A DNA stretch of 64,000 bases, taken from the NCBI GenBank assembly GCA_963798915.1, contig CAWCVB010000014.1, positions 1 through 64,000 on the forward strand, in the 5' to 3' direction. The first letter of the stretch is position 1, and each line of letters starts with the position of its first letter. The notes under the pieces are model-generated. The model did not search any database. It was not told the origin of the DNA and saw nothing but the letters and a program-made list of their open reading frames with translations. This document shows positions 54,232 through 61,970 of this stretch, piece after piece. This stretch comes from an uncultured Gemmatimonadales bacterium (lineage in GTDB: Bacteria; Gemmatimonadota; Gemmatimonadetes; Gemmatimonadales; GWC2-71-9). Position numbers and translations under genes: made by a program.

Positions 54232-54889
54232 GGTCTCTCTCCGGCAGGACGGTGGTGTTCCAGCGCCGACAGGGCAAAATCGGCGGCGTGGCGGACGAAG
54301 GCGCGGCGTTTCTTCTTGCTCGGACCAGCCGGTCCATCGCCCAGCAGCGTCCCGACCACCGGCGAGGCCACGGCAAACCAGGCCACCTGCGCCACCACAC
54401 TCACGGCGGCAAATGCCGGGTCCAGGTCCGGACGGAAGCGGGCGCTGGCCTGGGCCGCTTGGATCAGCCCGCTGAGCCGGGCAAAGAGCCTGGTCAGCGT
54501 CTCGCGGACGGCCTTCTGGGCATGTTGGCCCTGATAATCCACCAGCTCGCGGGCAATGAGCCGGGCACGTGGGGCCGGTCAGGAAGATCTCGCCCTGGAC
54601 CTCGACGATGGCCCGCAGCGCGACGGCAGGATCGGTGTCGGCGGATGCGCGGGACATCGCGCTGCCGTACCAGCGATTCGATCAGCCGCCGGATGACCGC
54701 CTCGTACAGCCCGGCCTTGTTCCGGTAGTAGTAGTAGATCAGGGCAGGGGAGAGGCCTGATTCCCTTCCCAGCGCCTGGATGGTTGCCGCCCGGAACCCC
54801 CGCTCGGCAAACAGCCGCTCGGCGGCGTCGAGGATGGCGGTGTCGGGCGATAGTGGAGTGGCAGGGCCCCGGAGGTGTGATATACGCAT
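54228..54889 (-). CDS. TetR/AcrR regulator, frameshifted near 54570 and 54660
   Basis: HTH ILDAAERLFAERGF..IYYYYRNKAGLY; middle and C-terminal (FRPDLDP) segments lie in other frames. Confidence 0.8.
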
Positions 54890-54892
54890 GAG

Positions 54893-54912
54893 TTAATTGA
54901 ACGTTCGATCAA
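54893..54912. promoter_or_regulatory. Candidate TetR operator
   Basis: TTAATTGAACGTTCGATCAA, near-palindrome (16 of 20 positions) just upstream of the tetR start. Confidence 0.6.
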
Positions 54913-55396
54913 GTTTTGGGCAAGGGTCGGATTTCCCGCCCGTTCGCGCGCCGCATGCGCTGGGTCGTGTTTTAACGATCAATTGCGCACTGAAACAGGA
55001 AGGCACCCTGCCCTGGCATCCGTTCGTCCGATTGCAGCTTTTCATGCGTTCTCCGTTGCGGCAGCGACCGCCCTATCAGGCACCGCCTGGCCAAGTCATT
55101 CGGCACCAAGCAATGGAAAGCAGATCATTTGTATCGGAATTGGGAAAATCCCAGTAGGACACCGGCAGACTTTTTGTCATGATAGGTGAGCGGCGTGTCC
55201 ATCAGACCCGAGCCAAGGAGCCACCGATGCAACCAAGCGGGATGTTACGTGCAGCAGCACGTGGCACTGAACCCAGCCGCCCGGACTCGGCGAGCGGAAG
55301 CTGGATCAGCTGGAGCCTCCCGCCGGTCTCGGAGTGGGGCCGCTTGCCCGCGTGCCGTGGTTACCCGATCCACCGAGTTCCAAGGGGGGCTTCAGC

Positions 55397-55804
55397 ATGA
55401 AATGCGGCAACCTGATGTTGCTTGGGCTCGTGCTTGGAGTGATGGCTTGCGGTGAAGGGTCACCGGCGGGACCATCGGCGGTGTCGGGGTTCCCATCCGG
55501 CTCCAAGACCTCCGCCGACTCAGCAAAACACCTCCGGAAGCGAGCGATTCTCTTGGCAGAAGGAAAGTCACTGTTCCCATCGCGCAAGACCTCCATCGCA
55601 TTTGACGTCGTCACGTATCCGAAGTGCCTAATAAGGTCCGGCTCAGGAACCCATGGTTACATCGCGATCTGCGTCGGCGATACAATTACCGTAACGATTG
55701 CGAGTGCGGAGTGCTCCGGCATCGGTGATACCATGGCTGTTCATGGTGCCGTCGAGATGATTGTCTCGACGAATGCATGTCAAGGGGCCGGCGCGCAACC
55801 ATGA
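55397..55804 (+). CDS. Hypothetical lipoprotein; possibly the N-terminal half of the next ORF
   Basis: Lipobox VMAC; ATGA overlap with 55801. Confidence 0.6.
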   Translation: MKCGNLMLLGLVLGVMACGEGSPAGPSAVSGFPSGSKTSADSAKHLRKRAILLAEGKSLFPSRKTSIAFDVVTYPKCLIRSGSGTHGYIAICVGDTITVTIASAECSGIGDTMAVHGAVEMIVSTNACQGAGAQP

Positions 55805-56514
55805 CCGCTGTGGCTGCGGATACAGGGCGCATTGTGTTCGTGCTCACGGATCCACGGTACGGATCGGGGGAATTCTTCTTTAGCGGCGTATTCTCGGACA
55901 CAACGCCGACCCAACAGGTCCTGATGGAGGATGGCTATGGAGACGGGGATTACGATGACAACGTACTCGAAGTGACGATCCATGGTCATTATGATCTCTG
56001 CAGGCTCTGGACGGACTCGGTCCTGAATATCCACGAATTTCGCGACTCCTTGATCGCCGAGTGGATGGCGACGCGGGCCGATCCACTTCGCACCGAGCGG
56101 GGAGGCCATGTTTATCGAAACCGTGTCACTGGGGAGTGGCGCTGGGCGAAAGACTCGCCAGTTGGCGGAGGCACCGCGGATGCCTGCCACATCGATTTGA
56201 CTGCTCAACCGATGGCGGATGAAGATGTCATCGAGTCTTGGCACACGCATGGGTACTTCGACGGCGAGATACTTTACGACTGTAACGGCGGGACATCAGG
56301 CACCCCTATGGGGGTCGTCAATTATCGCCGGCATGGTGGAGGGAGTTTGGGCGACTGGCCTGCTACCAATGGCATCGGATATGATGCACTTACGATTGAC
56401 AGCCGGCAGGTCAATGTGCTGAGCCACTCCAAGACGAATCCAGTTGCCTTTGCGGCGAATCTAGATCGATACTTTTGGCACGGCATTGGCCAGTGCCTGA
56501 CCTTGACACCCTGA
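55801..56514 (+). CDS. Protein with C-terminal JAB/MPN-like (DUF4329-type) domain; candidate effector
   Basis: ERGGHVY...SWHTHG...GSLGDW...LTID; upstream acidic EDGYGDGDYDDNVL loop. Confidence 0.6.
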   Translation: MTAVAADTGRIVFVLTDPRYGSGEFFFSGVFSDTTPTQQVLMEDGYGDGDYDDNVLEVTIHGHYDLCRLWTDSVLNIHEFRDSLIAEWMATRADPLRTERGGHVYRNRVTGEWRWAKDSPVGGGTADACHIDLTAQPMADEDVIESWHTHGYFDGEILYDCNGGTSGTPMGVVNYRRHGGGSLGDWPATNGIGYDALTIDSRQVNVLSHSKTNPVAFAANLDRYFWHGIGQCLTLTP

Positions 56515-56524
56515 GGAGGCCGCT

Positions 56525-56941
56525 GTGAAGATCACCATGCTTGCAATCGCCGTTGCTGGCCTTTGGTCGGCGAGCGCCGATTCTCGGGTCGGTCAGACCT
56601 ACTGCATGCCGGCTGATGCGGAAGCATCTGCGTTCTTTTATTGGGTGAAGTCGGTCGCGACCGGGACAGACAGTATCGCGGCAGCCGACCGCATTTCGTT
56701 GGGGATCCCGAATACTACGGAATCCAAGGTGTCGATTGTCACTCGGGAGTCAACTTGCCGGGATGCAGGGGCGGCATACAGCCAAGTGCTTGACTCCGTA
56801 CCCCCTGGAGGGCGATCTGTGTACGTGGTCAAGGTCAGCGCGGTTTATGTTGTGCTCGATCCAGCGGTCAGGTATGGGGAATGGTCGCAAGGCATGGTCT
56901 TTACCAGCAAGTGGGCTCTAATACAGAGGTTCGTCAACTAA
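56525..56941 (+). CDS. Secreted hypothetical protein; candidate immunity or partner
   Basis: GAGGAGG RBS, GTG start, signal peptide, two Cys; 10 bp after the JAB-like gene. Confidence 0.7.
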   Translation: MKITMLAIAVAGLWSASADSRVGQTYCMPADAEASAFFYWVKSVATGTDSIAAADRISLGIPNTTESKVSIVTRESTCRDAGAAYSQVLDSVPPGGRSVYVVKVSAVYVVLDPAVRYGEWSQGMVFTSKWALIQRFVN

Positions 56942-56996
56942 CGTGGGGCCGGAGCCCGCGATTTGTGGCGCACCTCAGTCGCGGATGGGGTAGGGG

Positions 56997-57560
56997 GTGC
57001 ACGTGAAGGTACGACTCCTGACAGGCGTGCTTGCGGTGCTGCTCGGATTAGCAGCTTGCGGCGATTCGACCGGCACCAACGGGGAGCCGCCGACCGTGCT
57101 CGTGACGAACAGCACCTGCGATGCCGGGCGCTGCGCCACCCTTGAAGTTCGCGCCTTCGTCTGGGCGTTTCATGTTCCGCAGATCCCAAGCGGGCTACGG
57201 GTTCTCGGGGAAGCTCCACCGGGACAGACCTGCCTCCGCTTTCCGCCATCCTGGCCGTTGCAAATCATCGGTCCCGATACCACCGGCAAGGTGGACACAA
57301 CAACCATCACCTGGACTCCTGAGAACGCGGAAGGGATCTACTTGATCGCGGTGGATAGCCTGGTTTACCACGGCGGCGGGAGCCCTGGCCAGGTCGACAG
57401 CAGTAATCAGGCGATTCCGCCGTTCGATGGCGTGGACGTAGCGAGTGTCGGGGAGACACCCATTTTCGTGCCTGCGGAAGCCAAGGGCTGGGCCGTCAGC
57501 TTCCAGAGTGCGCCACGATTCAGTGCCTCGCTCGCCAAGCAAGGCGCCTGTAAGTCATGA
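56997..57560 (+). CDS. Hypothetical lipoprotein
   Basis: Lipobox LAAC; four further Cys; start uncertain. Confidence 0.7.
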   Translation: MHVKVRLLTGVLAVLLGLAACGDSTGTNGEPPTVLVTNSTCDAGRCATLEVRAFVWAFHVPQIPSGLRVLGEAPPGQTCLRFPPSWPLQIIGPDTTGKVDTTTITWTPENAEGIYLIAVDSLVYHGGGSPGQVDSSNQAIPPFDGVDVASVGETPIFVPAEAKGWAVSFQSAPRFSASLAKQGACKS

Positions 57561-57635
57561 GTCGTGGATATCAGCTCTTGGAGCGCTGTGTGTGACGCTG
57601 CAAGCATCGGCCGAACGATCCCGGTCGGGCTGCAA

Positions 57636-57863
57636 GGTTGCGTCGCACCCTTCGGGTGCTCGCGATGACAGCGCGCGGTGGGCCCCTCGACCCTCGACCC
57701 ACGCCCCATCATCCATGACCGTACGGGCGGAGCCATGGCTCCGCCCCGACGCGACCCACGACCCACGACCCTCGACCCACGCCCCACGCCCCACGCCCCA
57801 CGCCCCATCATGCATGACCGTACGGGCGGAGCCATGGCTCTGCCCCGACGCGACCCACGACCC
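57636..57863. repeat. Composite repeat: CGTC-like hairpin, heptamer runs, two ~67-bp direct repeats with REP palindromes
   Basis: GTTGCGTCGCACCCTTCGGGTGCTCGCGATGACA; (CCCACGA/CCCACGC)n; GTACGGGCGGAGCCATGGCTC(C/T)GCCCCGAC at 57721 and 57820. Confidence 0.85.
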
Positions 57864-57906
57864 TGCCTTGTCCCAACCCCCTCCGGCAGCTACTTTTAGC
57901 GGCTAT

Positions 57907-59247
57907 ATGTTTGACGAGCTTTCCCAGAAACTGACGGCCACGCTCCAGAAACTCACCGGGCGTGGCGCACTCACGGAAGACGCGGTCCGGGAAGGACTTC
58001 GCGAGATCCGGCGGGTCCTGCTCGAAGCCGATGTGAGCTTCGATCTGACCCGGGAGTTCCTGGAGCACGTCCAGCAGAAAGCGGTCGGCGAAAAAGTCCT
58101 GCAGGACGTGCGGCCCGGCCAGCAGCTGGTCAAGATCGTCTACGACGAGCTGGTGACCCTGCTGGGCGAGAAGCAGGCGCCGCTTGCCTTCGCCACGGTG
58201 CCGCCCACGGTGTTCCTGATCGTGGGGCTGCAGGGCTCGGGCAAGACCACCACGGCCGGCAAGCTGGCCCGGCGGCTCAAGGCGGAGCAGAAGGCGCCTT
58301 ATCTGGTCGCCGCGGACGTGTATCGGCCCGCGGCGGCCGAGCAGCTGGCGACCCTCGCCAACCAGGTGGGTGTCGGGGTCTACACCGACCCGGCCCAGCG
58401 CGACGTGGTCGCCCTGGTCAAGAAGGGGATCGAAGAGGCGGGGAAGGCCCGGGCCCGGACGGTGCTGGTTGACACCGCCGGCCGCCTGCAAATTGACGAG
58501 CAGATGATGGATGAGCTCCGCCGCCTCAAGGAGGCAGTGAAGCCCACCGAAATCCTGCTGGTGGCCGACGGCATGACCGGCCAGGATGCGGTCCGCATTG
58601 CCCAGGGCTTTCACGAGGCGCTCGGCGTCACCGGGGTCATCCTCACCAAGATGGACGGCGATGCCCGCGGCGGCGCGGCGCTTTCCATTTACGGCGTGAC
58701 CCACGCGCCCATCAAGTTCGTGGGCGTGGGCGAAAAGATGGACGGCCTCGAGGTCTTCCATCCCGACCGGATGGCGGGTCGCATCCTGCAGCAGGGCGAC
58801 GTGCTCTCGCTGGTCGAGAAGGCCCAGCAGAACCTGGACGAGCGCGAGGCCGAGCGCATTGCGCGGAAGGCCGGGTCGAAGAAGGGCCTCGATCTCCAGG
58901 ACTTCCTGGGCGCCATGCGGCAGATGCAGAAGCTGGGCCCGCTCAAGAATGTGCTGGGCATGTTGCCAGGCGTAAACCCGGCCATGCTGAGTGCGGCCAA
59001 CGTGGATGAAAAGAAGATCAAGCACGTTGAGGCGATCGTCCTTGCGATGACGCCCGCCGAGCGGAAGGATCCCGATGTGCTGAACGGCTCACGCCGGTTG
59101 CGCATCGCCAACGGTGCCGGCCGCCCGGTGCAGGAAGTCAACCAGCTGGTGTCGCAGTTCAAGCAGATGCAGAAGTTCATGAAGATCGCGGGGAAGACCG
59201 GAGGAATGGGTGGACTGCCCTTCCGCCGTGGCGGTTTCCCCGGTTAA
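57907..59247 (+). CDS. ffh: Signal recognition particle protein
   Basis: GLQGSGKTT, DVYRPAA, DTAGR, TKMDGDARGGAALS, M domain. Confidence 0.98.
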   Translation: MFDELSQKLTATLQKLTGRGALTEDAVREGLREIRRVLLEADVSFDLTREFLEHVQQKAVGEKVLQDVRPGQQLVKIVYDELVTLLGEKQAPLAFATVPPTVFLIVGLQGSGKTTTAGKLARRLKAEQKAPYLVAADVYRPAAAEQLATLANQVGVGVYTDPAQRDVVALVKKGIEEAGKARARTVLVDTAGRLQIDEQMMDELRRLKEAVKPTEILLVADGMTGQDAVRIAQGFHEALGVTGVILTKMDGDARGGAALSIYGVTHAPIKFVGVGEKMDGLEVFHPDRMAGRILQQGDVLSLVEKAQQNLDEREAERIARKAGSKKGLDLQDFLGAMRQMQKLGPLKNVLGMLPGVNPAMLSAANVDEKKIKHVEAIVLAMTPAERKDPDVLNGSRRLRIANGAGRPVQEVNQLVSQFKQMQKFMKIAGKTGGMGGLPFRRGGFPG

Positions 59248-59271
59248 CCCGCACTGACCAAGGGCAGGAAG

Positions 59272-59526
59272 ATGGCAACTCGTATTCGTCTGCGCCGCGT
59301 AGGTCGCAAGAAGCTGCCGATGTACCGCATCGTTGTCGCCGACAAGACATCGCCGCGTGATGGCCGTTTCGTCGAGATCATCGGCAGCTACGACCCGCGC
59401 GCGGAAGACGCCAAGCAGGTTACCGTGGATGTGGACAAGGCGCGCGCCTGGCTGGCCAAGGGCGCCACGCCGTCCGACACGGTGCAGTCGCTGCTCAAGC
59501 GCGCCGGCGTCACCGCCGAGGCCTGA
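59272..59526 (+). CDS. rpsP: 30S ribosomal protein S16
   Basis: [33 protein letters not shown]. Confidence 0.98.
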   Translation: MATRIRLRRVGRKKLPMYRIVVADKTSPRDGRFVEIIGSYDPRAEDAKQVTVDVDKARAWLAKGATPSDTVQSLLKRAGVTAEA

Positions 59527-59527
59527 C

Positions 59528-60058
59528 GTGGCGGCCGATGCCCGCCACCTGGTGGTGGGCCGGCTGCGGAAGCCGCACGGCCTCAAGGGCGAGGTCGCGG
59601 TCTTCCCCTTGACCGACAGCCCGGCCCATGCCTTCGAGCCGGGACGGTCAGTCTGGATTCTGGATCTGGGCGGTGAGGTGGTGGCGGGCCCGTTCCCGGT
59701 GGAGCGAAGCCGCGGGTACCATCGTGAGTGGCTGCTCAAGCTGCACGGTGTGGAGGAGCGGGACGCTTGGGCGCCCTGGCGCGGCATGTTCATCGCCATG
59801 CCCCAGGACCAGCTGCCGCCACCTGACGAGGGCGAAGTCTACCTGCACGAACTGGCCGGATTTGCCGTTCGCAATGCCGCAGGTGACACGCTCGGCGTCG
59901 TGTCCGATGTATATGAAATGCCGGCCGGTGTCATGATCGAGGTGCAGGGTCCCAGGCGGGAGTTTCTCCTCCCCTATCGACGGGAGTTCGTCACCGCGGT
60001 CGATCGAAACGCCCGCCGGCTCACGGTGGACCCGCCGGCCGGGCTGCTGGATGAGTGA
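59528..60058 (+). CDS. rimM: Ribosome maturation factor RimM
   Basis: VGRLRKPHGLKGEV, EVYLHELAG, VDPPAGLL; synteny; GTG start. Confidence 0.92.
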   Translation: MAADARHLVVGRLRKPHGLKGEVAVFPLTDSPAHAFEPGRSVWILDLGGEVVAGPFPVERSRGYHREWLLKLHGVEERDAWAPWRGMFIAMPQDQLPPPDEGEVYLHELAGFAVRNAAGDTLGVVSDVYEMPAGVMIEVQGPRREFLLPYRREFVTAVDRNARRLTVDPPAGLLDE

Positions 60059-60071
60059 AGGTGGCCGAGTC

Positions 60072-60767
60072 ATGGCGCCGCTCCGCATCCACATCGTGAC
60101 GCTCTTTCCGGAGACGCTGGCGCCGTACCTGGCGGCCAGTATTCCAGGGCGGGCGGCACAAGCCGGGCTGGTGCAATTCCGGCTGGTGCAGTTGCGGGAT
60201 TTTACCCACGACCGTCACCATACCGTGGACGATTATCCCTACGGCGGTGGCGCCGGGATGGTGCTCAAGCCGGAGCCGTTCTTCGAGGCAGTTGAGTCAC
60301 TGGAGCTGCGGGGCGGCCCGGTAGTCCTCCTCTCGGCGCGGGGCCAGCGCTTCGGGCACGACGATGCGGTACGATACGCGGTGGGCACTGATCTGACGCT
60401 CCTCTGCGGGCATTATAAGGATGTGGACCAGCGGGTGGCCGACGGCCTGGCCACCGAAGAGCGCTCCATTGGCGATTTCGTGCTCTCGGGCGGCGAGCCG
60501 GCGGCGCTCTGTGTAGTGGATGCCGTGGTCCGGCTGCTGCCCGGTGCCATGGGCGACCACGAATCGGCGAGTTCCGATTCGCACTATGACGGACTGCTGA
60601 GCCCGCCCAGTTATACCCGGCCGCCGGAATATCGTGGCCAAGCGGTGCCGCAGGTGCTGCTATCCGGTGATCACGCGCGGATCGAGGCGTGGCGCCTGGC
60701 GGAATCGGAGCGGGTGACCCGGGAGCGCCGCCCGGATCTGTGGACGCGGCACGAATCGGAACCATAG
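60072..60767 (+). CDS. trmD: tRNA (guanine-37-N1)-methyltransferase
   Basis: VTLFPE, VDDYPYGGGAGMVLKPEP, SIGDFVLSGGE, YTRP; alternative start at 60051. Confidence 0.96.
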   Translation: MAPLRIHIVTLFPETLAPYLAASIPGRAAQAGLVQFRLVQLRDFTHDRHHTVDDYPYGGGAGMVLKPEPFFEAVESLELRGGPVVLLSARGQRFGHDDAVRYAVGTDLTLLCGHYKDVDQRVADGLATEERSIGDFVLSGGEPAALCVVDAVVRLLPGAMGDHESASSDSHYDGLLSPPSYTRPPEYRGQAVPQVLLSGDHARIEAWRLAESERVTRERRPDLWTRHESEP

Positions 60768-60906
60768 GGGCGGCCCGCGGGATCACGACGGAATATTTCG
60801 ATGAGCGGCGATACCGTAGGGGCGGCCCGCGGGATCACGACGGGATAGCTCGATGAGTGGCGGATACCGTAGGGGCGGCCCGCGGGCCGCCCTTACGGGC
60901 CGCGGG
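60765..60906. repeat. Three GTAG-type REP units spaced 52 and 53 bp
   Basis: TAGGGGCGGCCCGCGGG at 60765, 60817 and 60870; only the last has the full palindrome. Confidence 0.88.
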
Positions 60907-60950
60907 TGAGCAATGATGCGCGTATGGGAATCAATTTTGGGGGGTGTACC

Positions 60951-61298
60951 ATGGAGCGGTTGGCGGCGGCGGCCAGAGAAGGCCTGCGCACGGATATGCC
61001 GGCGTTCGAGCCGGGTGACACGGTACGCGTGATGGTCCGCGTCACGGAAGGCGAGAAGGAGCGGCTGCAGGCGTTCGAGGGTGTCGTCATCGCCAAGCGC
61101 GGCGGTGGCGTGAGCGAAAATTTTACGGTCCGGAAGGTGTCGGCCGGCGTCGGGGTGGAGCGCATCTTCCCGATGCATAGCCCGATGCTCGCCTCAGTGG
61201 ACCTGGTGCGGCGTGGCAAGGTCCGCCGGGCCAAGCTGTATTACCTTCGCCGCCTGAGCGGCAAGGCCGCACGCATCAAGGAGAAGCGCGAGCGCTGA
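60951..61298 (+). CDS. rplS: 50S ribosomal protein L19
   Basis: [40 protein letters not shown]. Confidence 0.98.
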   Translation: MERLAAAAREGLRTDMPAFEPGDTVRVMVRVTEGEKERLQAFEGVVIAKRGGGVSENFTVRKVSAGVGVERIFPMHSPMLASVDLVRRGKVRRAKLYYLRRLSGKAARIKEKRER

Positions 61299-61299
61299 G

Positions 61300-61923
61300 A
61301 TGCCCGTGGAGCCCACGATCCTCCGCGAAGCGGCGGCGTGGGCCGACGCCTGCCTCCTGGCAGGGGTGGATGAAGTCGGCCGCGGTCCACTGGCAGGTCC
61401 AGTGGTTGCCGCGGCCATTGTCTTTCCCCGAAACTTCCGCCCCATTCCCGGCGTCCGAGACAGCAAGACACTGGCCGCGGGCCAGCGCGATGAACTTGCG
61501 CTGCTCATCCGGGGTTCCGCGCTCCTGCTGGGACTCGGCGCCGCCTCCGTCCGGGAAATAGACCTGCTCAATATCCGGGTTGCCACCGCGCTGGCCATGC
61601 GGCGCGCCGTGTGCCGGATTGCGGGCCGCCTCGATCGATATCGAATCCTGGTGGACGGACTGCCATTCAGGGAACTGGGCTATCCCCACGAGGCACTGGT
61701 GGACGGCGACGCCCACTGCTTTTCCATTGCTGCTGCCGGCATCGTGGCCAAGACCGTCCGGGACCGGCTGATGCGGCGCCTGGCCGTGCGGTACCCGGGT
61801 TACGGCTGGGAGACCAACGTCGGTTATGGCACGCCGGAGCACCAGCTCGGGCTCTCCCGCCTGGGCCCCTGTGCGCACCATCGCCGGTCGTTTGGCCCGG
61901 TGGCACAGCTCCAGATATTCTGA
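61300..61923 (+). CDS. rnhB: Ribonuclease HII
   Basis: AGVDEVGRGPLAGPV, DSKTL, LVDG, GD, NVGYGT, HRRSF. Confidence 0.96.
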   Translation: MPVEPTILREAAAWADACLLAGVDEVGRGPLAGPVVAAAIVFPRNFRPIPGVRDSKTLAAGQRDELALLIRGSALLLGLGAASVREIDLLNIRVATALAMRRAVCRIAGRLDRYRILVDGLPFRELGYPHEALVDGDAHCFSIAAAGIVAKTVRDRLMRRLAVRYPGYGWETNVGYGTPEHQLGLSRLGPCAHHRRSFGPVAQLQIF

Positions 61924-61970
61924 CGGCCGGCTGACTCCCACGCGCCGGCGGCTTCCTCACGAGGTTCTCG

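Noticed and set aside
41601..56514. Bacterial ubiquitination system linking the beta-grasp protein and the JAB-like protein
   Set aside because: They are 14 kb apart in unrelated operons, there is no E1 or E2, no diglycine, and probably different compartments.
60765..60906. Mini CRISPR array
   Set aside because: The two linkers resemble each other and the repeat matches the dispersed REP palindrome at 21409.
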